In this document: positions 1 to 13,797 of the stretch, piece after piece
Layout of the letters: the number at the start of each line of letters is the position of its first letter
Position numbering within the stretch: position 1 is the first letter of the stretch
NCBI GenBank assembly: GCA_040954595.2
Contig: CM082579.2
Location: 6,623,625-6,687,624 of the forward strand
DNA: 64,000 nucleotides
Source of the DNA: Balanoglossus misakiensis
Taxonomy: Eukaryota > Animalia > Hemichordata
Direction: 5' to 3'
Position numbers and translations under genes: made by a program
The notes under the pieces: generated by a model
The model's input: only the letters and a program-made list of their open reading frames with translations
Told to the model about the DNA's origin: nothing
The model's database searches: none

Positions 1-217
1 GTAAATTGAGATCTAGCCAATCACTGATTTTCAGTGGGTGGCACACGCGAAAAAAAGAGCGCCACCATATGTTCTTTAGAACACTAAAATACGCCATTTC
101 AGCCAAATATGGGCCTTGTAAATTGGAGGTGACTGTATACCTTTAAGGATATTTGCATGAGTTCTCTGGCTCTAGAAACATGGCCAATAAAAACATCCAC
201 ACTGCCTTTAGACTTAC

Positions 218-3200
218 CTTGGTAGTTTCTCGGCATCTCTGCCCCTGGCTTTGAGTCCTTTGAAATTTCTCTCCCAGTCAGGCACTGTCTGCAGGTGTTC
301 GTCTATCACTTGATCCAGATCCAGTGAACCCAATGCAACCCAATCCTGTTTGTTTTTTATGAAATACAGTGCATCAAAGGGAAAGTTAGTTGTCAATTTA
401 AAAGCTGTACATAGCCAGGACTATTGTTTTTTTAAACTGAAAAATTCAACCTAAATTCAGCAGAGCTGTCAACAGTAACAATGCAAATTTTGTGCAAAAT
501 GCTTGTCATGAATATTCATATTCACAAGCGTATCTATGTGAAATAAAGTAATCACTGTGACCCAAGTGCAACGGTGTTTAGCTCGACCAAGCGGGGAAAA
601 GGAGGTCCAAAATAGACATGGCTTGGCAAGCAAAGATATAAAGTAATTATCACCGCAACACAACACCTAATAATAGTCACTAAGTTTGGACTAGGGCCAA
701 TCACCTTGAATTTTTCCTTTGATGCCACCAAACGAGTGAACAGATCTTCAGCCTTGCGATACACCGTAGTAAATCCGGCGGCGTTTCTCTCGATCATGAC
801 GGGGAAGATGAGATTATCTCCTCCGTCTCCCACGCCTCTGAAGTGATTGGGTATGCAAATGAACTTCTTCATCTCGCGGAAATACTTGGCTCGGATTTCT
901 TCCAGGGGTGGACGGAACTGCAGCTGTTGTTGCCTGTGGAATTAATTTTCAAATAACAAATGGTAAACCACGGGGAAAATCTAAAAAAAAATTTCTTGAA
1001 CATTTGTTCTAGGAATACACAGATTATCTTGCTCATCTATCCCTTCCAACATATGCTTTTATGGTTGGTATAATCATGATGGAAGACTCCTACCTGTAAG
1101 TCAGTTCAACCCTAATTTCGGGCAGGTTTTCATTCAGTGCTTCCAGACCCATCTGGTACTGGTGTTCCAGAGCCTTGTACAGTTGCCGGTCCCAGTGGGC
1201 CTTCCAGGGTTTCATGTTTTCAGCTCGGAATCCCTGTACGTACACAGGAGAAAAAAAGGAATGGAATCGTGTCAAATGCTGTTGAGATGTGATGAGACAG
1301 AAAATTTGCCCAAAAAAGCACAATATGTGAAATTGTTGAATAAATGTGTAAATTCAACATACTTGCTGAACCAGATTAGCCATCAGGTGTCGGATGTCCA
1401 TCAGCCCTTCCTTCCATCTCGTCTGCTGTCTCAGTAAATCAACACCCATCAGCGTCACTACCTGTCAAATTTAACACAACCAGGAAGAAACGTTGTCAGT
1501 GAAACCAGAGATAATAGGGTGGAAGGGTATTAGACTACAGAAGAAACATGTGCACAAAAATAACACATACTCCTTACCTTTTCGCAAACCACATTGTGAC
1601 ACTTTCTCAGTCGCCTATTCTCCGACGTCAGCCTATCAGCGGCTGCCTGCAGTTTGGCTATGTAGGCTTCCAGCTCTTCCGGATTATCCCAGGTGATCTG
1701 GACTTTTCCGTTGCTCTCCTTGGCCCCGGGTTTGGGGTTCTTGATGATTTTCTCAAAGGCCAGCGCTGAGTCCAACATCATCGCCTGTTGACTGGGTATC
1801 ATCTGTTGGTCTATGGTGTTGTAGAAATGGGCAACCTAATATGAAATACAAGAGTCACATAAGAGTATAATTATTGAAAGCAACTTTTTTGCTGTTTGAC
1901 TGAGGCTGAAAAAACAGCCATGACAAAAGCAACTGTGGACTTCAAAGCAAAACACTGAAAACCCATCTTACCTGTTTGAGGATGACCCCGTGTCTGTAGA
2001 ATTTCTGCGCGGTGCCACACGTGTGTTGGATCTTTGCGGGGACCGCGAATCCCAGGGCCTGCAGTTGCCTGACCTCTCTGAGAAGCGTGACCAGTCTCTC
2101 GCTGTAGTGCACTTTGAGTTTGCCGTCTTTGTGATCCAGCTCCATCAGCTTACCACTGGTCTGCAAGCTGAAGGGAGGAAAAGAAACATGAGGGATGTTA
2201 CAACTAAAACTGATTATGAGGCAACACTGTGGGACACTGTGTAGTTGCAGCCCAGTATCTCTCTGTTGTAGCATTGGTTAACATCTTTCAATGAAATATA
2301 TATTGACACTCAATACTCAAAATATATATTTTTTTACCTGAGTGGTTTGTAGGGATCTTCAATGGCTGCCAGCATATCCCGGGACCAGTTGTCGAACTGA
2401 TCTTGTCGCCACTGCCGCAACTCGTCGGCCAATTCTGTGGCATCTCTGTTGAATTTCTTAAATCCTGACAGGTCACCCAGGATGGCTTTGGCAGTCTTCG
2501 TCGTATCCTCAACCTGAAACAAGGTGCATAAAAAAGATTGATGACACTGATGTAAAATGAACAAAATTAACAAGCCATGCTAAATCCAAAATATTGTATA
2601 TTTTCAATCATCTCATTCTGCTTCTGTCGACGGTAAATATGCATGGTGGGTCCAGATTTTTTTGGGGTCAACTTTCAAAATGAAGAGTATGGAGTGTAAC
2701 TGATACTGATTTGACATATCTCTTTCAAATCATGAAATCCCATCAGAACGAACCAATCACAGCTTGCATTACATCTTCCACTGAATGACACTGGCGAGCT
2801 TACCTTGGCTTCCAGCTGCCGGACCCACACAATGTTGTTGACCACCTCAGGAAGGTTCTTCCCGGCCGGCGAGGTGCCATCACTTGTCCTGGTGACGAAG
2901 TCATCCCTGATGGTCTTGATGTACACCTGTAGCTGGCCGAGCAAGGTCTCCCTGGAATGGACAATGATGAAATAGATGGCTGTAACGGTCACTCAGGAAA
3001 ATATGCATGAACCATGAAGTCATTGTCTTTATTGTCAAATATGTATACATGTACATATACTCACACGTAAAGACCAATAACCTGTCTTACCTTTCAGCTA
3101 CTAATTCCTTGCTGATATTGGCTCTTTTCACCAGCTCCTTGTATCGTTGGAATTCTCTAAGCAGCTGATGTGAGTTTGCCTCCAACTCTCTGAACTGTGT

Positions 3201-5717
3201 TCTCAGTTTCCCAGCTATTCTCTGTTCAGCTGGCACCATGGCTAAATAAAATATGAGATCATAATTTATACACAGATACTGTCATGTGTCATGAATTCAA
3301 AGTTTCATGCTTGTCATTTTTTTTAATTTCTTTTTTTTTTTGATGTTCACCTTATCATTTCCAGACCCCCAAAACTTCCCTCAAAGAATACCCCCCCCCC
3401 CCCCTTGTCATTTATTTATTTTCTATATTCCTTTACCTCGTTCATATTGATCGACAGCAGCTCTCCACAGTGGCTGTGTGTACGGGTTGTACTGCAGAGG
3501 GTTGAGACCGCTAAACGGAGCGAAGGCACCGGCCGTGCGGAGTTCTTGCTGCTCGCTGTTGGACAGCAGTCGCACAAGCTGCTCGTGTACAGTCCGCAGT
3601 GTTGATACCTGTTAGACGAAAACAATATTCACGTGGGTAAGCTTTTCACCACTTGGTTTAGTCCATATCATTTGTTTTGTTCTCTGGCAAATTTGGGCCT
3701 CTTCTGAATGGGGTCAAAGGGTTACAATGTAAATTGTACATGTAGCATTACGTATCATTTTCAATGCAAATGATAAGGTAGGCATGTTCACTTACTTCTT
3801 CCAGCCTTGCTCCGAGATTAACGAGCCCCTCCGGCACAAATTTCTCTCCCCTCCACTGATGTGGTGTGTACCTCTTCCAGAACTGCATGGTGAGCGTCTC
3901 GCAGGCGGCCACCCAACGTTCGCAGATCGCGATGCTGGATCTCAGAGCCTCCTTAACTTTGTGGAATGGGTCTCTCCACAGGTCTAGGGAGCCTAGCTTG
4001 CGCTGGACGTACCTGCCCAGGGCACCACCTGTATAATACAGATAATAATCATTGATTTTGGAGAGTGCTGCAGTTAACTTACCCTACGGGAAAAAAATTG
4101 CTAACAATTGCTACACTATTAGATTTTTGTGTCTCTCTGCTAACTGAAATGTGCAAGATCATTCGTTGTCAAAGTTCCAATCACACAAAAGTTAGTAAAT
4201 ATCAAACTCTTGTACTTATTGTCGTGATTTCGATAAAAGTCCTTCAATACGCTCCAAACTGAGCCACATGTACTGTGTTTCATGCATGTATATATACAAT
4301 GTGTGTTGAACTCACCAACGACTTCCATAAGATGTCGCATTCGATCCTCGGGATACGTCTCAAATTCCGTCTGTTTCCAGATGTCATCCAAGCAATCCTG
4401 CGTGGTCTCCGTCAATTCCAGGGCTTCCCCCAGCGACAGTGCGTCCATGTTGCCGTATTCCCTCGCCACCGGCTGCAGGAATTCCTGGAACTGCTGCGCC
4501 CGCTCCTTGTTGTCCAGTTTGGAACTGGTGATGGAGACCTCGGCCCAGTACTGGATCTCATCCGACGGTGTAAGAATTCCTGGGAAAAGAGGAAATTCAT
4601 ATCATGTGAGTATTCGTATTATGGCCAAAATGAAAATTAATACATATTGGATTTACACTAGTCAACTGAACAGTCACAATTGAACTGAACTTACCACCAA
4701 GACTGTCATCGGTCTTGTTGCTTCTCAGCGATGGATCCTGTTTTCTGATCACACTTCCAAGGCCGGCTTCTAACTCGCTCAACAAACTCTGCAACTTGGG
4801 GTCAAAGTTCCGGCTCCATTTTTCATTCTCTAACAGCAGCGGGGCAAATACCTGATTTAGTTAAAACAGGAAACGTTGCATGTCAGAAAAAGCTATTTTT
4901 ATTTTCGGCTTAACACACACTCCTACGTTGAAATTGAATTGTATGACCAGAACAATATATACACTTCAACTCTACATCAGTTTTCATAAACCTCCCCTAG
5001 TCTAGCAACTCGTGTCTAAATGTCTACGCAAAATAAGTCTGGAGTAAGATCACAGTAGATTGCCCATACCTTTTGTACAGAATGGTACAAGGCGTTGACC
5101 GGCGAGTCTAACATGGACGACACGAAGACGTTGGAATGGACATTGTCAGGCGTTATCACCTCTGGCTGAAGCTTGAAAAACACCAGAACCTTCTCTTTTG
5201 TGTCACTGGGCTGAACCTGAAGAGATGTAGAAAGAAGGGGAAGTGAAATAATTCTTTCACATATTGAGAGCATGGGCTTTAAATTATTTATAATGGCAAG
5301 TCATTTCTACCTCATAAAATTAATGAAGATTTCCCCTATATGTATTTTCAATGTCTCTTTCACTTTCATCACTAGATAACGGCAATATTCTGTTTTAAAA
5401 GCAGATAAAAATTACTTGATCAAACAAAACTACACAATATAGTATCCATGCTTGAATGAAAACGGGAGAGAGCAAAAAAGAGAGAACTTTGGTAATGAAT
5501 TTGAAATAATTCATACCTTGTTCAGCATCTGTACTCTTTTGTTGCCACCATGCGTCTCCAGCCTACAGGCCAACACCCCGGTATTGCCATCATCCAAAAA
5601 GCTATTCAGTTCTGCATTGTTGAATAACTGGGCCACTGATGGTTCTGATGACGGAATCCCAAAGTAATTCCCGGTTGTTGCCAAGATAAATTCCTTCCTG
5701 GTATCTCCGCTAGGCAT
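218..5717 (-). CDS. DYNC2H1: Cytoplasmic dynein 2 heavy chain 1 (retrograde IFT dynein), 5' part only (~900 codons of the N-terminal tail); gene continues beyond the left edge
   Basis: 15 coding exons with GT-AG boundaries and consistent phases (minus strand): 5717-5517, 5216-5070, 4851-4695, 4579-4316, 4028-3796, 3608-3437, 3241-3091, 2951-2804, 2513-2338, 2167-1972, 1835-1578, 1461-1363, 1233-1094, 933-705, 345-218. Peptides MPSGDTRKEFILATTGNYFG, KVLVFFKLQPEVITPDNVHSNVFVSSMLDSP, GILTPSDEIQYWAE, GKNLPEVVNNIVWVRQLE, HYSERLVTLLREVRQL, WKAHWDRQLYKALEHQYQMGLEALNENLPEI, DWERNFKGLKARGRDAEKLP match the DYNC2H1 N-terminus as recalled. Confidence 0.96.
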
Positions 5718-6500
5718 CTTGTGCCCTTGTCTTGGTGGACACTACTTTTTTGCTCTGTAAATATTAGCAAAGTAACTTCCATCTCAGAATTGTAAAAAAA
5801 AAAAAATTCAACTCCAAGATCTGTACAGTACAAATTCAATGTATTTGCAAAAATTGATGTCATATACCTGTATGATGAGTGTACACAAGACATACAGAGA
5901 TACTTGATCAATCTTTCAAACATCAGGAATAAATGTTTTATTTCAAATATACACAATATGATTATCTTCTTAGTGAACATTGTTATTAGTTTACATTTAC
6001 ATGTATTTAACTTTTTTCCTGGATCCAAGCCTTTCATCCTCTAAAAAATGCAATGGGTTGAACTTATTCATATTGCAAAATTATATACAGTCTGTACGTA
6101 TTCGTAGATTGAAGTCACTGAATTTTAATTTATAGGGATGATTTTCTTCTGTTTCATCATGTCAATTTCATACATGTATATGAACCTGACATTTCATAAC
6201 AATAGTCGTATGTGTATATTGCAATGTGTATATTGCAAGGTCTCTGGCGAGGGTTGCCCTTCTACTACAGGCGATCGCAGTTAAATCTGCAATGTGTGTG
6301 TCTTCATATATGATAGCAAGCTTGTTTTTAGAATTCTCCTGAAACTGTTTTCGCGGTGATCATCAACAAGACGGTGAAAGACGTCGACGATGCGATGCTC
6401 CACACTCACTGCGGATCTGCCACATCTATGATCGATGGATCCGATCATCAGAAATCTACAGGAAGACGATGTACAATAAGTAAAGGGTAAACTGACTTAC

Positions 6501-6883
6501 TTGTTTTATTTTACCACCAGTCAAAATTGTCGGTGAATTTGACATGTATCGTGTAAACACGTCGCTAGGGTCTAGCGTCTGTATCTATGGTTATCAGGTG
6601 GCGCTGGGCATTCACAACATTAGCACCCGGCTTTTCAATGACCTGCGGAATGTATGGTCGATGACCGCTGGAATTGTAAAACAGCCTATGGTTGGCTGAT
6701 AGATGTCATGTGGATATCATGTGAAAAGTTCGCCCAACCATAGAAGTTGTATCAAGTTAGGCTAGAAAACCTTACATACGCATGCGCTATGTCAACATGG
6801 CGGATCTTTTGACGAAATCGTGAAAGTTGTTGATTTGACAGATTTTTACCAACACGAGTGATTCCCCCACCTCAGGTTTTTAT
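6501..6883. promoter_or_regulatory. Bidirectional promoter and first non-coding exons of DYNC2H1 (minus) and DCUN1D4/5 (plus)
   Basis: Minus-strand donor GTAAGT (plus acttac 6495-6500) and plus-strand donor GTAAGT at 6884 face away from each other in a CpG-retaining segment; CAACATGGCGG (YY1-like) at 6793; X-box-like GTATCTATGGTTAT at 6581-6594; DYNC2H1 5' UTR acceptor at 5755-5756. Exact TSS positions are inferred. Confidence 0.6.
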
Positions 6884-7934
6884 GTAAGTGTTTACTAGAT
6901 CAAGGACTCTATATGTAGACATGCTTTTGCGTTCTTTTGAATGAAACTACTGCGACAGTTGACTTCTTTCTGTTACAGAATCGCCGCCATTTCTAATGTA
7001 TGAATTATTGGATAACATTGTGATTACTGAGTGCGCATTTTCGGGCTTTTGTGTGATCAGCGCGAAAATGCGCTCTTATCTTGGCCGGATATATTAGGCA
7101 AGTCGTCGCCTATGCCTGGCTGTTGTTCGTTCCATTTATCATCATTCATGCGTCCTGCCATTTCTTTTTTTTCACCTTGGAGAAAATGTGTAATGTACAT
7201 GTACAATCGGTGCAGTGTGGACTGACCTGATTGTGTGTGTGTGCAATGTACATTGTACAGTCCTCTGAGGTCGGAAAGGGGCTGTTAACGTTGTTCATAC
7301 CGTGCTGTGTTGACATTTGTTTGCGAGTCCCTGGATGTTCAGATATATGTGGTGCTGTAAAATAACCACGATCGCCTCCACTTGATAATGTTAGGATACC
7401 AACACCAACAACATTATGATTATTGTACTGCAAGTGCAATACACCGGCAGAAACGTCAAGGGTTTCGGTGCATGTACATTTACACGTAATCGTGCCGCTG
7501 CGATCATGTGTTGCGTTGCATCAGCCCATGACCTTTTTTTATTTAGATAGTGGTTGGGGTTTTAAAATTGTTGGATCTCACCAGAGAAAAGATATCATGC
7601 CCACAATCTCTTCACAACTCAATGGAGTTATTTCGAATGAGATCAGGAACCCATTTATAGAATTAATAACAACAAGAGCTTTAATTTTCAAGCAATGGTG
7701 CCGGGAAATAGGGCACAGGAAAGAATTGGTTGGTGATGCAACTTGCCAATCAGCGATGAATTCCGCACGTTTTTAATATACCAATTCCACTGACTGTGTG
7801 GTAACATTACATCATCACCTGCATGCAAAGAATCCTAGCCTGACATTCACAAAACAAAGTGTGTGTGTTTTTGCAATGTCAAAGAAGATCTGATGCATAT
7901 GGTTTCATGAACTGGTGTGCCAGTTTGTGTTCAT

Positions 7935-9201
7935 ATGCTAAAGCAGGCAATAATACTACAGTTAGTATTACTGGGGAGCTACATGTATGGTAAATTATAC
8001 AGAAGTTGAGTGTCTGCTGGGCGCCAACAGCAATGCAGTAACCAGTATAATGTAATTGTCTCTCACTTTCACAGATGTGGACAGGTGGAGGTTGATAGCT
8101 GTTGTCCTTGTTTCCCTCTTTTGGTACCTGCAAACCTGGAGCATCACTACCAGCCCTTGTATTGCTCATTTACGCATCTGGTGAGTCAAGTTTGTAAGTT
8201 GCATAACCCCAAAGTGGTTGTGTACATGTATGTGTGTATTTTATATCTCCATGCATGTTCATATCCACATGTCTGTGAAATGAATAGAAAATAAAGTGTA
8301 TTTGGTTAATTTCCCTTTTGTTTGCAAAAGAGAAGTTCCCCTCTCTAATGTACCTGACCTAGGAAGGAAGGACACATATTTATAGATGGATATGCTCTGC
8401 ACATATAAAATGCAATCTGTCATGATGCAGCATGTTCTCGAATGGTGTACTTCGTGGGCTGATAACAAAAAAACAACTTGCATGATGTGTTTTCAAATAG
8501 CAGAATTCATGAAAACAAGACGTTATGAGTCTATCCTGAAATATGATCAAGATATTTTATTAGTTAAAGTTCATTTAGTTTGTTATATTAAGACATTAGC
8601 TTAACATACATATGTAATGGCCTTCCTTTATTACACAATGCAGATTATCCAAAAATAATTGGGGCATATTTTCAAAGGCTTTATCCGTAATAAAGGAAAA
8701 AGACCACTTTCACTTCATTCAGTATTGATAAAAAGAAATTTTCCCTGGGGCTTATGCATACTATAATCATGCAATTTGATTTAAGGATCTGCCTAGTATT
8801 TCATATTGACTCGATTTCATAAACCTTTCTTCCAGTTCCCATGTTATTTTGAATCAATTATTTCCTGATTGTCTTTGTAAAAAGGTCAAAGGTAATACAG
8901 TACTAATAGATATACATGTAGAGTACCACATTGTGCAGATACCCCGAACTAAAACAATTTTATGATAATAACTGGCTAATATTTCATTCAGAAAGGAGGA
9001 TGAAATCACAAGAGCTTCTATTTCTGACTCCATTACATACTCAACTGAAAAAAAATTATAAAGCAAAGCAGTTCAGATTTCCTTTTGCAAACACAAACAT
9101 ATGATGCAATGTCTTTGCCTGTGTTTCAGAACATTGGGACAGGTGTGAAATCCGAGCAGACCTTCACATCTTCTAGTTGCCTTTCCCCCATTGCTGCAAG
9201 T
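7935..9201 (+). CDS. Candidate upstream coding exons giving DCUN1D4/5 a 68-aa N-terminal extension
   Basis: Exons 7935-7960 (ATG, donor GTTAGT), 8075-8180 (acceptor tttcacag, donor GTGAGT) and 9130-9201 splice in frame without stops into MPPRRKRK. Supported only by splice signals and phase. Confidence 0.4.
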
Positions 9202-10428
9202 ATGCCACCACGAAGAAAAAGAAAAGGCACTTCAGCGGAAGAACAAACGACACTTACAAACAAAAGGAGTAAACGTGAAATCAGGTCAGTGTTGTGGGGG
9301 CTTTTTTGACCCTTAGCGGAACAGTGAAAAAACCAAGTCCATGTGCATTCATAATCTATTGATGAGCAGTGTATTGGATGGTGCTTGGTGCTTCACTGCT
9401 TTGCCATCACAAGTTCAAAGGCCATTGTATTTTCAGACTTAGACTAGAGTACACATGCATGCAATCGCGAGAGAGACAGTCCATCACTGTCATTCTCAGA
9501 TTCATAGCTCCTAATACTCAGCAAAAGAACATGCAGTGACCAGCTGTGTTGGCATGGTCTTGAGTCCCTGCACCTTGATTTATGTACCTGTATAGATTTT
9601 GAATCACTGCCAGCAAATCAATAAAGGGAAGGAGCGTACAAATTGTTTTTGCTATGCATTAAACAGTACAAACTATACATAGGACTACTCAGTATCTTCA
9701 ATTAGATTCTGCTTACTTTTGATTGATTTTTAATGACTGTCTGCATCCCATACAAAATGAATTGACTTGCGCTGCTGTACCAGCTGACTGGTGTATGTAC
9801 TGTGCTGCCATATACATGTATCTTAGATCCTGTGCTTCCCAACCAGGGAATATTCAAGTATTTTGGCCTACATTTGTATTTGCGTAACCTTGTGTCAAAT
9901 CTAATCTGCCCTCTAAAATGTACAGATCGAATTAAACTACATATGTAAATATATATAACTGATCTCTGCATTTGTAAGATCTCGTGTTACTTGTAATGCT
10001 GATTCTGACATTAATTTTTTTCCCTTTACAATTTCCCCAGTTCACGGAAAAGAGGCGGTGCATACAACCCACTCACAGAACCCTTTTCAAACAAAAGATG
10101 CCAGATTTGGTTCCACGAATACCAGGGGGACGACAGTGTGATCGGACCAGAAGGCATGGAAAAATTTTGTGAAGACATCGGTGTGGAACCTGAGAATGTG
10201 GTCATGTTGGTTATAGCCTGGAAACTGGACGCCAAACAGATGGGATTCTTCACGATGGACGAATGGATGAAGGGAATGACCCAACTACAGTGAGTAACGA
10301 TTCTCATTGGCTTGTCGATGATGATGATGATGATGGGGTGGTGATGATGATGATCATGATGATGATGATGATCAAGATCATGATGATGTATCACATCATC
10401 ATGATTGTCATCCTTGTTATCAATGCCG

Positions 10429-10461
<33 letters not shown>

Positions 10462-11642
10462 TCATCATCGTGTAACTAATTTTTTTAATTGTCATATTAT
10501 AAAAATGACATCAGTAATCTGTTGCCAGTGACCACTATAAAACATGTTGCAAAGATTGCACTAATAATTCTGCAATTGATTTCAGAGTTGATTCAATTGC
10601 AAAACTACAAGCAAGACTGGAATTTTTACGGTCCCTACTCAATGACCCAGTATTATTTAAACAAATTTATAGATATGCCTACGATTTTGCCAGGGTAAGT
10701 TAAAAGTTTTATTATTTCAAAATGTGATTGGTGAACAGATAGTTATGGCATTGTATGCTGGCAAAAAAAGAAAAAAAAAAGGTTTGGTGGGAACTATCTT
10801 TGGGATGTAATCCTCCTTAATTCCCAGCAGAGCAATGACTAGTTCTGTATCAGTCTTTTATGCAGTGATGTCAGAAATTAGCTTCAATTTATTAGTGTCT
10901 AATTAGTGTACTGAAATGGAGAGATAAAATTGTTGAATTGTAATCTCAAGATATATTTTCCACCATTGGTTTTAAGGATAAAGATCAACGGAGTATGGAC
11001 ATTGAAACAGCAAAAATTATGTTATCACTATTACTAGGAAGACAGTGGGTGCTATTTTCATCCTTTCATCAATTTCTTGAGGTAAGTAATCACTGTACCG
11101 AGAATTTTGCCCTCTCGTGGTGTACACGAATGTTCTCTTGTTTTTATGTAACATTACTTTGTTTATAAACGGCAGTCTGCTCCCTGTACAACATCTTACC
11201 CATCACTTTGAACATTCCTCATAGTCTTCGTTCATTTTCTTTTCGTCCCCCAGCAATCCAAATACAAAGTTATCAACAAGGACCAGTGGTGCAATATTTT
11301 AGAATTCAGCAGAACCATCAACTCTGAACTTACAAACTATGATGAAGATGGTGCCTGTAAGTATATAGTGCCCACCCCTTCGACACACGCGCTTGACCGC
11401 ACAGGAAAAAAACTTAAAACGAAATTCATTTTGTCGCCCAATATCTTGGTAAAAGCCATGACCTGAAACAATTATTTTTGTTAGCCTTACCTATGCGATG
11501 CTTAAATTGTGTCTGCATTTTGCCAGTATTTCAAGTGCTTGTGTTAGAAAAGAAAACAAACTCATTGACATGTTTACTTTGTACGTTTGCAGGGCCTGTC
11601 ATGTTAGACGAATTTGTTGAATGGCAGCGAGCAAGACCATAA
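9202..11642 (+). CDS. DCUN1D4: DCN1-like protein 4/5 (cullin neddylation co-E3, PONY domain), 232-aa core
   Basis: Exons 9202-9284, 10041-10289, 10586-10694, 10977-11081, 11254-11356, 11593-11642 (699 nt, ends TAA). Peptides MPPRRKRK (NLS-like), [95 protein letters not shown]. Closer to DCUN1D4 in MPPR and DQWCN; probably the single pro-ortholog of vertebrate DCUN1D4 and DCUN1D5. Confidence 0.95.
10317..10470. repeat. (GAT)n/(GGT) tract followed by (CAC)n/(CAT)n tract forming an inverted trinucleotide repeat
   Basis: Read directly in the DCUN1D intron just after the donor at 10290. Confidence 0.9.
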
Positions 11643-13797
11643 AAAAACACCGTCTCCGATTTCACCAAACAACCTGCGTACCAAGGGGAAAGTGTACTCA
11701 CTTTGACGAGTACAGAACATTTCTGAGAAGCGCTCCATCCAAGGATACTTGTTTGTGGAGTGCTTCGTTTGGAAGTTCCGGGAAGCTACGGTCAACGCTT
11801 TCTGAAGAGAGACTTTTTTTATACCCTTCAAGAGAAGACCCAAAGCGTCCAAAGTGAAGCGGTTGGAAAATTAACCAACCTCAGAAACTTTTCTCATAGC
11901 AATGGGAATTGGACTCGGTTGTTTAACGCTATTTAGAGCTAGGTTTAATAATTAGACGAAAAAACCACACACTCTTGCTTGACTCGAGAGCGGGCAAGAG
12001 TTTGATTAATCCACATGTCCTTTAGAGTATTAACTGGTTACGGCATATCTCACTGTTGAATTCAACGGGACTTTTTGTACTATATACAGCAGGTGTTAGG
12101 CGTAGCACTGGTAGCAGAACATTTCGGTTGTTTCTGTGCTGCATAATTGGTCTATGTAATACTTTTCTTTAGAGAATCAGTAAAAAATTTTTGGGGGGTA
12201 AACAAATGAACATGTTCAACTACAGCTTTTTACTCAGATCGAAGCTGGTTTATGTGCGTTGGTTGCACATATCACAGAACTGCAAGTTTTCGTTTCCCAG
12301 ATGATATTTCTCTCCGCCAGTGGAAATTCCGCTCAGATTTTCCTGTTCTATTTACTCCAACCATTTACTGTGTGACCCAGGGTAAGTTGATCCAATCTAT
12401 GTACGTGATCCTGTGTGTATAGTATACACATTGCATTAAAGTGACAATGGCTCAGATCACAGAAACAAGTTGTACCAGTCATTTTTATAAACCTTAATTA
12501 ATTTGTAGCCTTTTTGGTCAACGGATCACACCCATGGCATCTCAGGCTCCCCGTTGATATGCATTATTAACACAGATTTTATTTATATCGCATATGTTGT
12601 GGATATTTTTCTTACCTCGTGCATGCTATTGCCTACTTTTATAGGAGCACCATCATTGTACTAATGACTGGTCTGGAATCTGGTGTGCAACCGACAGTAA
12701 ATTGTATCATTTATAATTTTTGCTTCTAATATCAACTTTTTTTCCTCCTGATGCCCGGTTTTCGGTGTTTCAACCTGGTCTTGTACTTTGTGTAGCCAGC
12801 AGTTTTATTGTTGACGTTCTAGTATTAATTGCAACAATAAAAAGCCTGGTTGTCTCACCTGGAATTTTCAACATGCTTTTTTTTTTCTTTAATTTCTGCG
12901 AGGCTGTAGAGTATATATTGATCGCAACAAAGATGTATACAAGTTATTAAATTTGTGATAAGTATGATCGGAATAAGGACTTCAAAAGTCACAATGAAGC
13001 TTCACAAATAACTCTGTGTAGCCCTTCCCCATTAAATAACAGGCCAAAGAGCTAATGTATTGAAGCATTTTTCATTTTAAAAAATTCCTTGTGTATCAGA
13101 AACTTTTCTTGCCAACCTATTGATGGTTTGTGAATATCAACCAGATATTTTTTTCTGTTAATTTGATGATTTTCTTGTGATGTAAATGCACCCACTTCTT
13201 GGTTTTTTTCTGCAATCCACATTTATTTCCATGTTTCACAGAAATACCTGAATGTGTTGATTTTATTTAAATAACAGGTTGACACAGGAAATGTGAATAG
13301 CTCATCATACAAGATGTTGTATTTGTTTCATTTTTTAATAAAATATAAGTTGGTGTTTATTTCTATTTTTCTGCGTTTACCTTGTGTTTGAGAGAGAGAG
13401 ATGAATTATGCATTAAATGCACACATATCCAGGAATTACAATTTGTTATTTAGTTAAAACTAGAGACAGACTCTTAATTGGAGGCTGGCAAATGGCAAAA
13501 TTCTCTCTTTTATTTTCATACTGGAGGGTCAACTCAGTTGCATTGTGGGTAAGAAAGTTGACAATTCCCTAACGTTGTTTTGTCATTAACTGAATAACTA
13601 TAAATATTCCTCCAATGCTTGTATCGTAAACTTAAAAAGCATTGCAAAATATCACGCATCTACTCTACTGTACCAGTATATGAGTGACCCAGGAGAGTCA
13701 CCTGGGCCCGGGCCCTGCAGGCTAGGGAGTCACTGTGGAAAAGTGGGCCCTCTAGCGTTCGAAGTACATCCTGGGTCAAAGTTCATGAAGATCCAAC

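Noticed and set aside
1-146. Possible right end of a TTAA-flanked (Kolobok-like) element; similar TTAAAGTGACAATG ends at ~12437 and (inverted) ~26184-26197
   Set aside because: Only single termini are visible, with no nearby matching partner TIR.
10026-10475. Poly-His/Ile/Met/Asp ORFs
   Set aside because: Translations of the GAT/CAT microsatellite overlapping a DCUN1D exon.
13683-13733. Nested palindromes (GGGCCCGGGCCC, GTGAC...GTCAC) upstream of OCIAD1
   Set aside because: Too short to separate from chance or a repeat remnant.
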